From Myxococcales bacterium (GTDB lineage: Bacteria > Myxococcota_A > UBA9042 > JABWCM01 > BTVJ01), in the NCBI GenBank assembly GCA_045863395.1, contig BTVJ01000003.1, forward strand, positions 1 to 64,000: 64,000 bases of DNA, written 5' to 3'. Below, piece after piece: positions 15,708 to 25,468 of the stretch. The position numbers were made by a program, and so were the translations under genes. The notes under the pieces are model-generated. The model ran no database searches. It had not been told where the DNA came from and saw only the letters and a program-made list of their open reading frames with translations. How positions within the stretch are numbered: the first letter of the stretch is position 1; each line of letters starts with the position of its first letter.

Positions 15708-17423
15708 CTACTCCAGGATGGCCGGGTCCCGCGCGAGACCGAAGTCGCCGATGACCAAGGCGTCCATGTCCGTGGTCAGGTAGCACTTGAGCGCGTCCGC
15801 GACGCTGTTGACGATGGGCTCGCCGCGGATGTTGAACGACGTGTTCAGGACCATGGGCACGCCCGTCAGGCGCTCGAACTCCTCGATGAGGCGGTAGTAG
15901 CGGGGGTTGTGCTTCCGGTTGACGGTCTGCACCCTTGCGGTGCCATCCACATGCGTGATCGCTGGCACCACCCCTCGCTTCTCGGGGAGCGTGTCATACA
16001 CCCTCAACATGAAGGGGGACGGCACCCCTGAGCTGAACCACTCGCCGCAACGCTCCTCGAGCACGCTGGGGGCGAAGGGGCGGAATGGCTCGCGGAACTT
16101 GACGCGGGCGTTGAGGACGTCCTTCGTGTCGTGGCCGCGGGGATCCGCGACGATGGTCCGGTTGCCGAGCGCGCGCGGGCCGAACTCGGCGCGGCCCTGG
16201 AACCACCCGACGATGCGCCCGCCTGCGACCAGCCGCGCCGCGGTCGCCTCGGGTGCGGCGAGGCGCACGTACCGCACGTTGGCCCGGCGCAGCTCCCGCT
16301 CGATGGAGTCATCGTCGAAGGACGGGCCGAGGGTGTCCACCACCGCGTCGTCGACCCGCGGCAGTCCGTGGATGCCGTGGGTGACCCAGAGCGCGGCCCC
16401 TTGAGATGTGCCAGCGTCTCCGGCCGCAGGCTGGAAGAAGAAGCGATCAAAGCCGCTCTCCCGCTGAATCCGACCGTTTGCCACGCAGTTGAGCACGACG
16501 CCGCCCGCCATGCCGAGATTGGTCATGTGCGTGAGCTCCCGCGTGATCCCGACCAGGTGGAGCAGGAGCTCCTCGGTGGCGAGCTGGAGGCTCGCGGCGA
16601 TGTCCATGTGGCGCTGGTCGAGGGGACTCTCCGGGGCGCGCTCCGGGCCGAGCAGCTCCACCAGACGATCTGAGTATCTGCGGCGCCGCTCCGTGAAGAA
16701 CGAGAAGTACGAGAGATCCAGGCGGAAGCCGTGGTCCGTCAGCTCGTAGAGTCTCCGAAAGGCGTCCATGTACGTGGGTCTGCCGTAGGACGCGAGGCCC
16801 ATCACCTTGCCCTCGCCGCTGTTGGCCCGGAACCCGAGATACTGGGTCAGGGCCGCATACAACATGCCTACGGAGTGCGGATACTCGATGGTCCGCAGTG
16901 TCTCGATGCGGAGGCCCCGGCCAGCCGCAAGATGTGTGCTGGCTCGCTCGCCGTACCCGTCCACCGTCAGGATGGCGCACTCGTCGAAGGGGGCCCGATA
17001 CAGGACACTGGCCGCGTGGCACAGGTGGTGGGTCACGTAGTGGACGGTCAGCTTGCGCCCGCTGCCCATGCGGAAGATCTGCTCCACCGACTCGACGGAG
17101 TCTCCGTCCCAGGCGGGCAGCAGGTTGCTCGGCACGCTGTGGAGATACTCCAGGTGGTGTCGTGGCTGCGCGCTCTGGCGCCAATTCGCCACCTCGGCGT
17201 GGATGCCCGGGTTCCAGAAGAACGCGACCGCGTCCACGTCGTCCAGGGACAGCCCCGCGTGCTCCAGGCAGAACCGGATGGCCCGGTGGGGGAACGACCG
17301 GTCGTGCTTGACGCGGCTCCACCGCTCCTCCTGCGACGCCGCCACCACGTGGCCGTCGACCACGAGCGTCGCCGCTGCGTCGTTGGAGTGATTGATGCCG
17401 AGCACCACGAGTGGCTTGGTCAC
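15708..17423 (-). CDS. NodU/CmcH-family carbamoyltransferase (571 aa)
   Basis: LGINHSNDAAA, QEERWSRVKH, HHLCHA, DGYGE, EGKVMGLASYG, GGVVLNCVAN, EFGPRALGNR, KFREPFRPFAP and LNTSFN; GTG start after AGGAG. Confidence 0.95.
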   Translation of the reverse strand: MTKPLVVLGINHSNDAAATLVVDGHVVAASQEERWSRVKHDRSFPHRAIRFCLEHAGLSLDDVDAVAFFWNPGIHAEVANWRQSAQPRHHLEYLHSVPSNLLPAWDGDSVESVEQIFRMGSGRKLTVHYVTHHLCHAASVLYRAPFDECAILTVDGYGERASTHLAAGRGLRIETLRTIEYPHSVGMLYAALTQYLGFRANSGEGKVMGLASYGRPTYMDAFRRLYELTDHGFRLDLSYFSFFTERRRRYSDRLVELLGPERAPESPLDQRHMDIAASLQLATEELLLHLVGITRELTHMTNLGMAGGVVLNCVANGRIQRESGFDRFFFQPAAGDAGTSQGAALWVTHGIHGLPRVDDAVVDTLGPSFDDDSIERELRRANVRYVRLAAPEATAARLVAGGRIVGWFQGRAEFGPRALGNRTIVADPRGHDTKDVLNARVKFREPFRPFAPSVLEERCGEWFSSGVPSPFMLRVYDTLPEKRGVVPAITHVDGTARVQTVNRKHNPRYYRLIEEFERLTGVPMVLNTSFNIRGEPIVNSVADALKCYLTTDMDALVIGDFGLARDPAILE

Positions 17424-17448
17424 GAAGGGCTCCTGTGTTCTTGGTCGC

Positions 17449-19251
17449 TCAGATGCAGAGGCACAGGGGGAAGCCGCCGACGTCCACGCAGGTCTGGAGG
17501 AAGCAGCCTGCCTGGGGGGGGCAGATGTAGTCACTGACCGACGTGCACTTCCCGCTGCCACAGATGGACTTGATGGTGCACGCGTCCTTGTCGTCGCACG
17601 GCTGGCCGTTGAGGGCCACGGCGTTGTAGATGCAGCCGACGTTGGGCTCGCAGGAGTCCGTGGTGCAGAAGTTGCCGTCGTTGCAGTTGGCGGGCCCCCC
17701 GGACTTGCACGTCGCGTTCAGGCAGGAGTCGCCCGTCGTGCAGGCGTTCCCATCGTCGCAGGCCTTGCCGTCCGCGTTGACGCTGTAGCAGCCCCCGGTG
17801 GGGTTGCAGAAGTCGTCCGTGCAGGGGTTGTTGTCGTTGCAGTCGACCTTCGCGCCCACGCAGGACCCGTTGGTGCAGATGTCGTTCTTGGTGCACTGGT
17901 CCTGGTCGTCGCAGGGCCCCGCAAAGGGCTCGTACACGCACGTGCCCTCGGGGGTGCAGATGTCCTTCGTGCACGGATTTCCGTCGAAGCACAGGCCGTC
18001 GTCCACCTTGCCGTTGCAGTCGTTGTCGAGGCCGTCGCAGACCTCCGGGGCGTTCGGGTACACCAGCGGGTTCTTGGGGTCGCAGTCGTCGACGTCCAGG
18101 GCCGGGTCGTTGTCGTCGTTGGTGTCGCACGCGTCACCCATGCCGTCGCCGTCCGTGTCCGTCTGGTCCGGATTTGCGGCCAGCGGGCAGTTGTCCTGGG
18201 AGTCGAGGACGGTGTCGTCGTCGTCGTCCTCGTCGAGGCAGTCTGCCTTTCCGTCCTGGTCCGTGTCGGCGAAGTCCTCGTCGGTCTTGCCGTCGCAGTC
18301 GTCGTCCTTGCCGTTGCAGGTCTCCGGCGAGGCCTCCGTCCCCTGGCACTTGGCGACGCCCCCCTGGCAGTCCACGATGCCCTTGCACGTACCGTGGGTG
18401 TTGGTCAGGTCGCACTCCTGCGCCACCGTGATGTCGTCGATCTTGCCGTTGCAGTCGTCGTCCGCTGCGTTGCAGATCTCTTGCGCAGGGACCTGGGCGT
18501 CGCAGGCCGTCAGGCCGTCCTTGGTGCACCACCGCTCGCCGCCGCACTTGCCGTAGGCGTTCTCTGCGAGGCACACGGTCGAGAGGCTCTTCTCGATGGC
18601 CGCCGGTGTGCACGGGCACTCGCCGCTGTCCGGGATGCACTGCTTCGCGGGCGGCCCCGCCGGGCTCGGGACCTCGGTGCACGAGTAGCCGCCCGGGCAC
18701 GGCAGGCCCCCCGAGCAGTCCGTGCCACAGAACCGGCCCACGGTGCCGAAGTCCACGCACACAGCCCCGGACGAGGTCGCCGTGTCGGTGCAGTCGTCCG
18801 CCGTCTTGCACGGGTTGCACAGGTGCAGGTAGCGCGGCTTGCAGATGTACTTGGTGTCGGGCCCGCCGTCGGCAATCTCGCTGCAGATCCACGCCGTCGG
18901 GCAGTTCTCGACGCAGCCCTCGGTGCACACCTTGCCCACGGGGGAGTCGATGCAGAAGCCGCTCGCGCACTCGGCGTTCTCTTTGCACGGCCACCCGAAC
19001 TCGCCCTCCTCCGGGTCCGGGGGGATGCCCCACGGGTTCTCGGCGGTTGCGTCCTCCGCGACCCCGTCGCCGGGCGACGGGCCCGCGTCCGTGGAGCCGA
19101 GAGCCCCGTCGCCACCCCCGTTGAGCGAGTCGGGCAGGGTGACCACAGAGTCCCCGAACGGGGAGCCGGAGGTCTCGTCGGTGCTCCCGCAGGCGCTGAG
19201 CGCCAGCGCGAGGAGGGTGATCCAGAGCCTTGCTTGCACGAACCGTCTCAT
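17449..19251 (-). CDS. Cys-rich lipoprotein with MopE-like metal-binding repeats, thrombospondin type-3 repeats and CDDGNPCT repeats (600 aa)
   Basis: Lipobox LSAC; EICN..DDDCNGKID; DNCPLAANPDQTDTDGDGMGDACD; CNDNNPCTDDFC. Confidence 0.85.
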   Translation of the reverse strand: MRRFVQARLWITLLALALSACGSTDETSGSPFGDSVVTLPDSLNGGGDGALGSTDAGPSPGDGVAEDATAENPWGIPPDPEEGEFGWPCKENAECASGFCIDSPVGKVCTEGCVENCPTAWICSEIADGGPDTKYICKPRYLHLCNPCKTADDCTDTATSSGAVCVDFGTVGRFCGTDCSGGLPCPGGYSCTEVPSPAGPPAKQCIPDSGECPCTPAAIEKSLSTVCLAENAYGKCGGERWCTKDGLTACDAQVPAQEICNAADDDCNGKIDDITVAQECDLTNTHGTCKGIVDCQGGVAKCQGTEASPETCNGKDDDCDGKTDEDFADTDQDGKADCLDEDDDDDTVLDSQDNCPLAANPDQTDTDGDGMGDACDTNDDNDPALDVDDCDPKNPLVYPNAPEVCDGLDNDCNGKVDDGLCFDGNPCTKDICTPEGTCVYEPFAGPCDDQDQCTKNDICTNGSCVGAKVDCNDNNPCTDDFCNPTGGCYSVNADGKACDDGNACTTGDSCLNATCKSGGPANCNDGNFCTTDSCEPNVGCIYNAVALNGQPCDDKDACTIKSICGSGKCTSVSDYICPPQAGCFLQTCVDVGGFPLCLCI

Positions 19252-19386
19252 CTTCAGCTGTCCTCCGGGTCCCGTTCCGCCGACGGCAGTCCGACAGTCT
19301 AGCGAACTGGAAGGCGAATGCACGCGATTTGGCACCGTTGACGGCTCCCTGGGCCTGTGCCACCGTGCCGCTCCGGAGGCGTTGCG

Positions 19387-20223
19387 ATGAGATGGGTCCT
19401 GGTGGTGATGGCGGCGGCGTGCGGGGATGGCGCCGCGGACCAGCCCCCCGAGCTGCCGGCGGGGGCCACGTGCGCCGCGGACCTCGAGCGCCCGGACGGC
19501 CTGCTCGTGGCCGGGAGCGGCGCCGGGCTCCCGGTGGCCCGGGCCATCGCGCGGACTTGGGGGAGTGGGCCGGTCCGCATCCCCGAGAGCATCGGTACGT
19601 CCGGCGCCATTCGAGCGCTCCTCGACGGATCCATCGACGTAGGCCTGGCCTCGCGGCCACTGACGGACGAGGAGCACCGCCAGGGCCTTGCCGGCACGCC
19701 CCTCGCCCGGTCGATCATCGCCTTCGTCGCCAACAAGGCGGCACCGGTCGAGGGCGTGGATGACGCGATGCTCGCGGACATCTACGGCGGGCGCATGACC
19801 GCCTGGCCGGACGGCACGCCCCTCGTGCCGGTGCTGCGGGAGCCCGGCGACAGCGGGGCGGAGGTCCTGCGGGCCCATGCTCCCCGCGTCTTCGAGGCCA
19901 TGGAGCAGGCGCGCCGGGAGGGTCGCGGGGTGGTGGCGACCACCGACCAGGAGGCGAGGGACGCCCTCCTGCAGATCCAGGGCGCGGTCGGTCCCCTGGA
20001 CCTGGGCATCGTCCGGCTGGAGGGTCTCCCGCTGCGACCTCTCCACTGGCGAGGCATCGCCCCCGAGCCGTCGGAGGTGCTCGCGGGGCGCTATCCGCTC
20101 GTGCGGACCCTGTGGCTGCTCACTCGGCAGGCGCCAGGTCCCGAGGCGCGCGCGTTCTTGGCCTTGGCCACGTCGAAGGAGGTCGAAGGTGTCTTCGGCT
20201 CGGGCGGCTACCTCCGGCCGTGA
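19387..20223 (+). CDS. PstS-like periplasmic substrate-binding lipoprotein (278 aa)
   Basis: Lipobox AAAC; VAGSG, SIGTSGAIRALLDGSIDVGLASRPL, DIYGGRMTAW, REPGDS and GRYPLVR. Confidence 0.85.
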   Translation: MRWVLVVMAAACGDGAADQPPELPAGATCAADLERPDGLLVAGSGAGLPVARAIARTWGSGPVRIPESIGTSGAIRALLDGSIDVGLASRPLTDEEHRQGLAGTPLARSIIAFVANKAAPVEGVDDAMLADIYGGRMTAWPDGTPLVPVLREPGDSGAEVLRAHAPRVFEAMEQARREGRGVVATTDQEARDALLQIQGAVGPLDLGIVRLEGLPLRPLHWRGIAPEPSEVLAGRYPLVRTLWLLTRQAPGPEARAFLALATSKEVEGVFGSGGYLRP

Positions 20224-20254
20224 GGCGGGCCTGGCGCGGTCCTTCGCGCGGCGC

Positions 20255-21445
20255 ATGGCGCCCGTCGCGGCGGCCGTGGGGCTGCTCGTGGCCGTTGCTC
20301 CGCCCCTCGTCACGGAGCTCGTCGGCCTGGCACGCCTTCGGGCGGATGTCGCGGTGCAGGCGGAGCTCGTGGCGGGGGCGCTCGGCGACCTCGCCACCCG
20401 CGAGCCCTACTTCTGGCTCTACAACGCGCCCAAGGTGGTCGCGGCGCGCCAGATGGATCGGGCAGTCGTCGCCGATCTCCGCGTCACGGGGTGTGGCGGG
20501 GAGACGCTGCTGTCGCGCGACGGTGGGGGTGGTGCAGATCCCGGCGGTGCCGTCGCCTGGGCCCCGGTCAGGGCGCGGGATCGGGTCGTGGCGTGGGTGC
20601 GCGCCGCGGGCGCCGTCGGCGAGGTGCACAGGGTCGCCGTGGTCGTTGGTCTTGGCTCTGGCATTGCGGGGGCAGCCCTGGGCGCGCTGCTCTGGATCGT
20701 CCCCACGGCGGTCGTGCGCCGGCAGGCGAGGGAGCTGGATGCGGCCGTGGCGCGGTTGCTGGCCGCCGAGGCGGCGCTGCTCGACGCGAACCAGGGCCTG
20801 ACGCGCCGCGTCGAGGAGGCCGTCGGGGAGGCACACGTGCTGTCCGAGCGCATCGTGTCCATCCAGGAGGAGGAGCGAGGCCGCATCGCGCGGGACCTGC
20901 ACGACAGCGTCGGGCAGCTCCTGACGGCCCTGCAGATCGATCTGCAGCTCTCGCCGGGTGAGCCCGCGCGCCTCCAGGCGGCGCTGTCCCTGTCCGAGCG
21001 CTCTCTGGAGGAGCTCCGCCGGGTGGTCCGCGATCTGCGCCCCCTGGAGCTGGAGAGCGGCGGCCTGGCGGTGGCGCTCCGTGCGCTGGTCGAGCGGTTC
21101 GAGATCCGCACGGGCCTGACGGCGTCCGTGCGGCACGAGGGCCCGGATGTGGCAGACGAGGCCGCCGCCGTGTGCCTGCTGCGCGTCGCCCAGGAGGCGC
21201 TGGCCAACGTGAGCCGGCACGCGGCCGCGACGGAGGTGGGGGTCCTGCTCCGGGTGGACGGTGGTGGCGCGCGCCTGGAGGTGCGGGACGACGGGCGGGG
21301 CTTCGACCCGGGCGCCGTGTCCGGGAGCGGCCTGGCGGGGATGCGGGAGCGGGCGCGGTTCATCGGCGGGGAGCTGACGGTGCGGAGCAGCGCCGCCGGG
21401 ACCGAGGTCGTGGCGGAGGTGCCCGTGCGGGATGGGGAGCGGTGA
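20255..21445 (+). CDS. Membrane sensor histidine kinase, HisKA_3 (NarX/UhpB-like) (about 396 aa)
   Basis: Two TM segments; EEERGRIARDLHDSVGQ, QEALANVSRHA, DDGRGF, GSGLAGMRER. Confidence 0.92.
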   Translation: MAPVAAAVGLLVAVAPPLVTELVGLARLRADVAVQAELVAGALGDLATREPYFWLYNAPKVVAARQMDRAVVADLRVTGCGGETLLSRDGGGGADPGGAVAWAPVRARDRVVAWVRAAGAVGEVHRVAVVVGLGSGIAGAALGALLWIVPTAVVRRQARELDAAVARLLAAEAALLDANQGLTRRVEEAVGEAHVLSERIVSIQEEERGRIARDLHDSVGQLLTALQIDLQLSPGEPARLQAALSLSERSLEELRRVVRDLRPLELESGGLAVALRALVERFEIRTGLTASVRHEGPDVADEAAAVCLLRVAQEALANVSRHAAATEVGVLLRVDGGGARLEVRDDGRGFDPGAVSGSGLAGMRERARFIGGELTVRSSAAGTEVVAEVPVRDGER

Positions 21446-21503
21446 TGGGCCCGCGGTCTGGTGGCTTGGGCCAGCCCCGTCCCCGACACGACAGGAGGCA
21501 GGC

Positions 21504-22130
21504 ATGGCGATCCGGGTAGCGCTGGTCGAGGACCACCTGGTCGTGCGAGAGGGGCTCGTCGCGCTGCTCCGCGGCGTGCCCGACATGACCGTCGTCGGCG
21601 AGGCAACGGACCTGGAGGGCGCCGCGAGGCTTGCGGAGACCGCCTCGCCGGACGTGGTGGTCATGGACGTGGGGCTCCCCGGCCCGAGCGGCATCGAGGC
21701 CACCCGCCGCGTCCTCCGCGTGCGGCCGGAGGCGGCCGTCGTGATCCTGAGCATGCGCGACGACGCGGCCACGGTGGACCGGGCCCTGCGAGCCGGGGCA
21801 CGGGGGTATGTCCTCAAGGGCCGCGGCGTCGCGAGCCTCTGCGAGGCGATCCGGGCCACAGCCCGAGGCGAGGTGTGGCTCTCCCCCGAGGTCTCCGAGC
21901 TGGTCCTGCAAGGATATCTGAGACCGGGAGGGCGTGACGCGGACCCCCTGACGGAGCGGGAGCGGGAGGTCCTCCAGCTCGTCGGGCAGGGGCTGACCAG
22001 CGCGGAGATCGCCGATCGGCTCGGGCTGAGGACCAAGACCGTGCAGAACTACCGCACGCAGATCATGGACAAGCTGGGAGTCCGGACGACTGCGGGCCTG
22101 GTCCGCTACGTCCTGCGGTCGAGCCCGTGA
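21504..22130 (+). CDS. NarL/LuxR-family response regulator (208 aa)
   Basis: VEDH, VVMD, GYVLK and C-terminal LTEREREVLQL...HTH; RBS AGGAGG. Confidence 0.95.
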   Translation: MAIRVALVEDHLVVREGLVALLRGVPDMTVVGEATDLEGAARLAETASPDVVVMDVGLPGPSGIEATRRVLRVRPEAAVVILSMRDDAATVDRALRAGARGYVLKGRGVASLCEAIRATARGEVWLSPEVSELVLQGYLRPGGRDADPLTEREREVLQLVGQGLTSAEIADRLGLRTKTVQNYRTQIMDKLGVRTTAGLVRYVLRSSP

Positions 22131-22228
22131 CCGGAGCGGGAAGAACTCCCGGCTGCCCCGGGACGTCCAGCCCTGTTCGCAGCCCCCGAGCCGTGGTCTG
22201 CTCGAACGTCACTGCCTGGAGGATGTTG

Positions 22229-24394
22229 ATGCGAACTGCCCTGCTGCTCGGACTGATGCTCGCCGCCCCGCGCGCCCTCGCCGACGACGTGCCCGCCTCC
22301 GGTGCGCCAGCGAGTCCCTCCGAGGCCCCGGATCTGGACAACCGGACCCTGGTCACCCCGACCCGCGCGAAAGGCAACGCCTTCGACAGCGACCGCAGCG
22401 CCTGGGCGACCGGCGAGCGCCGCCTGGGCGAGCTCCAGCCCTTCGACGTGGGCGCCGCGTTGGACGACCTGCCCGGCGTGTCGGTGCAGCGGACGAACCG
22501 TGGGGCCGGCGCGCCCATCCTGCGTGGGCTCATCGGGCCGCAGATCCTGATCCTGGTCGACGGGGTGCGGTTCAACAACTCGACCTACCGCACTGGACCC
22601 AACCAATACCTCGCGATGGTGGACCCAGACGCGCTGGAGGCCGTGGAGCTGGTGCTTGGGCCCGGGTCCGTGCTGTATGGCTCCGACGCGATGGGTGGCG
22701 TGATCAACCTCATCCCCATGGGTCTGCGGCAGGAGGAGGGCCCCATGGCGCGGGCGCGGGCGGGCTTCGCCAGCGTCGATACGTCCACGCGCATCTCGGC
22801 CACGGCCGGTGGGGCGGCGGGACCGTTCAGCGGGTGGGCTGGCGGCGGCTACCGCTACCACGGCACGCTGCGGACAGGGCAGGGCACGGAGGCGCCGCTC
22901 TCCTCCTACGACCAGGGCGACTGGCGTGCCCGCTTCGCCGTCGAGCTGGGTGAGGGGTGGAGCGTGGGGGCGACGTACCTGGGGAGTCGTCTCATGGGCG
23001 CCGGTCGGACCGACCAGCTCGGACTCGGGGACGTGCGGGTGCACGACAACGCCGACGACCTGGTGTGGGTGGACGCGTGGCGGCACGACAAGGGCTGGCT
23101 CCGGGAGGTGCGCCTCAACCTGAGCTACCACCGCACCGACGAGGTGACGCGGCGCGCCACGTGCAAGACCGACGAGGGGCTGGTCTCCGACGGCGGCGCG
23201 TGCGTCAGCTTGCTCGACGCCACGATCACGAAGAAGCGCACCACCGAGGACACGGCGCATACGGTGGGGAGCCTGGCGACGGCGCGGGGAGCATGGCTGG
23301 ACGACCGGCTGACCGTGACCCTGGGCACCGAGACCTACGCCGACTTCGTGGACGCCACCCGCGAGGACGCCAGCGCCCCCGACTTCGCCTTCGAGTCCAA
23401 GCCGCGGGGCAACTTCTCGGACGGGTCCTCCTACCTGACCACGGGGGCCTTCGTGTACGCCGAGGGGAGGCCGTGGGCATCCGAGACCGGTGACCTGGTG
23501 CTCTCCGCCGGCGCGCGGCTCAACCACGTCGCGGCCGAGGCCCCGGACGTCCCGGGCGTCGGCGACGTGGACTATGCCCACACCGGCGCGGTGTTCAGCG
23601 GCGGGGCCCGCGTCCTGCTCTTCAACGCATTGAACGTCTACGGGAACTTCAGCCAGGGCTTCCGCGCGCCCAACCTGCAGGAGACCACCGTCCTCGGCGA
23701 CACGGGCTCGAGCTTCGAGGTGCCAGCCGACGGTCTCCGGCCCGAGCGCTCCAACACCATCGAGGCCGGGATCAAGCTGTGGCTGCCGTCCGTGCGCCTC
23801 CAGGCCGCGTACTTCTACAGCCTCATCGACGACGTCATCGACCGGGAGGACGCGACCTGGGAGGGGCAGGCCGAGATCGACGGGAGGAAGGTGGTGCGGC
23901 GCAACAACGCCGCCGAGGCCGTCTATCAGGGCATCGAGGCGGGCCTGCGCACGGGCCGCGTCGCGGGGATCTCCGCGTTCGGCACCGTGATGTGGATCGA
24001 GGGGGACGTGACGAAGCCAGACGGGAGCACCGAGCCTGCGCGGCGGGTCCCACCGGTGCAGGGGTTGGGCGGCTTCCGCTGGGACGGGCTCGACGACCGC
24101 CTCTCGGTGGAGATCTACGCCCGCTGGGCCGCTGCCCAGCGGCGCCTGGCGCCGGGAGACCGGGACGACCTGCGCATGTGCGAGGACCGCTCCCGCCTCG
24201 GTGTCCTGCGGAGGGACTGCGACGGCTCGGATGCGTGGGCCAGCCCCGGCGTGCGGGTCCACTGGGCGGTCTCCGACCAGTTCACGCTGGACGCCAATCT
24301 CGACAACATCACGGACTCCCACCACCGCGTCTTCGGCAGCGGCATCGACAGCCCGGGCTTCAACGCCGGCATCACGGCGTCCTTCGCGTTGTAG
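22229..24394 (+). CDS. TonB-dependent outer-membrane receptor (721 aa)
   Basis: Signal peptide; plug motifs LPGVSV, ILRGL, LVDGVR, GPGSVLYGSDAMGGVIN; GFRAPNL, LRPERS, LDNITD. Confidence 0.93.
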   Translation: MRTALLLGLMLAAPRALADDVPASGAPASPSEAPDLDNRTLVTPTRAKGNAFDSDRSAWATGERRLGELQPFDVGAALDDLPGVSVQRTNRGAGAPILRGLIGPQILILVDGVRFNNSTYRTGPNQYLAMVDPDALEAVELVLGPGSVLYGSDAMGGVINLIPMGLRQEEGPMARARAGFASVDTSTRISATAGGAAGPFSGWAGGGYRYHGTLRTGQGTEAPLSSYDQGDWRARFAVELGEGWSVGATYLGSRLMGAGRTDQLGLGDVRVHDNADDLVWVDAWRHDKGWLREVRLNLSYHRTDEVTRRATCKTDEGLVSDGGACVSLLDATITKKRTTEDTAHTVGSLATARGAWLDDRLTVTLGTETYADFVDATREDASAPDFAFESKPRGNFSDGSSYLTTGAFVYAEGRPWASETGDLVLSAGARLNHVAAEAPDVPGVGDVDYAHTGAVFSGGARVLLFNALNVYGNFSQGFRAPNLQETTVLGDTGSSFEVPADGLRPERSNTIEAGIKLWLPSVRLQAAYFYSLIDDVIDREDATWEGQAEIDGRKVVRRNNAAEAVYQGIEAGLRTGRVAGISAFGTVMWIEGDVTKPDGSTEPARRVPPVQGLGGFRWDGLDDRLSVEIYARWAAAQRRLAPGDRDDLRMCEDRSRLGVLRRDCDGSDAWASPGVRVHWAVSDQFTLDANLDNITDSHHRVFGSGIDSPGFNAGITASFAL

Positions 24395-24502
24395 CGGCTG
24401 CGTAGAATTCTGGCCGTTCATCGCCCCCGCGCTATACTCTCCCGCTCCCGGCGGGACCCTCCCGCCCCCTGTCGCAGTCGCTCATTCCCAGGAAGCCCCA
24501 CC

Positions 24503-25453
24503 ATGAGCCAAGGCGGACGGCTGGCGATCATCGCCATCGGCGGCAACTCCCTGATCATCGACGAGCAGCACCGGACCGTGCGCGACCAGTACGTGGCGTG
24601 CGCCCAGACGGCGCACCACATCGCCGAGCTGGCGCGGCGGGGCCACCGCGTGCTGGTCACCCACGGCAACGGCCCCCAGGTGGGGTTCATCCTGCGGCGC
24701 AGCGAGCTGGCGCGGCACGAGCTGCACGAGGTGCCGCTCGACTCCTGCGTGGCGGACACCCAGGGCGCAATCGGCTACCAGCTCCAGCTCGCCCTGAAGA
24801 ACGAGCTGCGGGGCTGGCCCCTCGCGCCCCCCGTGGCCACCGTGGTGACGCAGGTGCTCGTGGACGCAGACGATGGGGCCTTCGCGAAGCCGTCCAAGCC
24901 CATCGGCGCCTTCATGGACGAGGCGACCGCCGCAAGCCGCCGCGACCAGGAGGGCTGGACGGTCGCCGAGGACGCAGGCCGCGGATGGCGCCGGGTCGTA
25001 GCGTCGCCGAAGCCGAAGGCGATCATCGAGCTGCCCACCATCCACCGGATGCTGGACGCGGGCGTGCTGGTCATCGCGGTCGGGGGCGGCGGCATCCCCG
25101 TCGTGGCGCAGCCCGATGGCAACCTGACGGGCATCGAGGCGGTCATCGACAAGGACCTGGCGTCCTCCCTGGCGGCCCAGGAGCTGGGCGCCGACGTGCT
25201 GGTGATCTCCACGGCGGTCGAGAAGGTCTACGTGAACTTCAACAAGCCGGGGCAGCGCGCCCTGGACCGGGTCACCCTCGCGGAGGCCCGCTCGCTTCAG
25301 GCCGAAGGGCACTTCGCCGCGGGGAGCATGGGCCCGAAGGTGCAGGCGGTCATCGACTTCCTGGCGGCGGGCGGGAGCGAGGCCATCATCACGGACCCGG
25401 CCCACCTCGTCGCCGCGTTCGAGGGGGCCGCGGGCACGGTGTTCGTGCCCTGA
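24503..25453 (+). CDS. arcC: Carbamate kinase (316 aa)
   Basis: AIGGNSL, THGNGPQVG, TQGAIGY, KPIG, GWRRVVASP, GGGGIP, EAVIDKD, GSMGPK. Confidence 0.95.
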   Translation: MSQGGRLAIIAIGGNSLIIDEQHRTVRDQYVACAQTAHHIAELARRGHRVLVTHGNGPQVGFILRRSELARHELHEVPLDSCVADTQGAIGYQLQLALKNELRGWPLAPPVATVVTQVLVDADDGAFAKPSKPIGAFMDEATAASRRDQEGWTVAEDAGRGWRRVVASPKPKAIIELPTIHRMLDAGVLVIAVGGGGIPVVAQPDGNLTGIEAVIDKDLASSLAAQELGADVLVISTAVEKVYVNFNKPGQRALDRVTLAEARSLQAEGHFAAGSMGPKVQAVIDFLAAGGSEAIITDPAHLVAAFEGAAGTVFVP

Positions 25454-25468
25454 CCCCCCAAGCGTGAT

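Noticed and set aside
19330..19345. Sigma54 promoter (TGGCAC) upstream of the PstS-like gene
   Set aside because: The GC falls one base off the required -24/-12 spacing and there is no TTGC.
20220..20257. Frameshift at the histidine-kinase start (the GTGA overlap is one base out of frame)
   Set aside because: An in-frame ATG at 20255 precedes the first TM segment, so no frameshift is required; this cannot be tested without reads.
17449..20397. Extended N-termini of the ORF-track calls 17449..20397, 34039..36702 and 52571..57391
   Set aside because: The extensions overlap other well-supported genes; family homology and RBS or signal features begin at 19251, 36036 and 53012.
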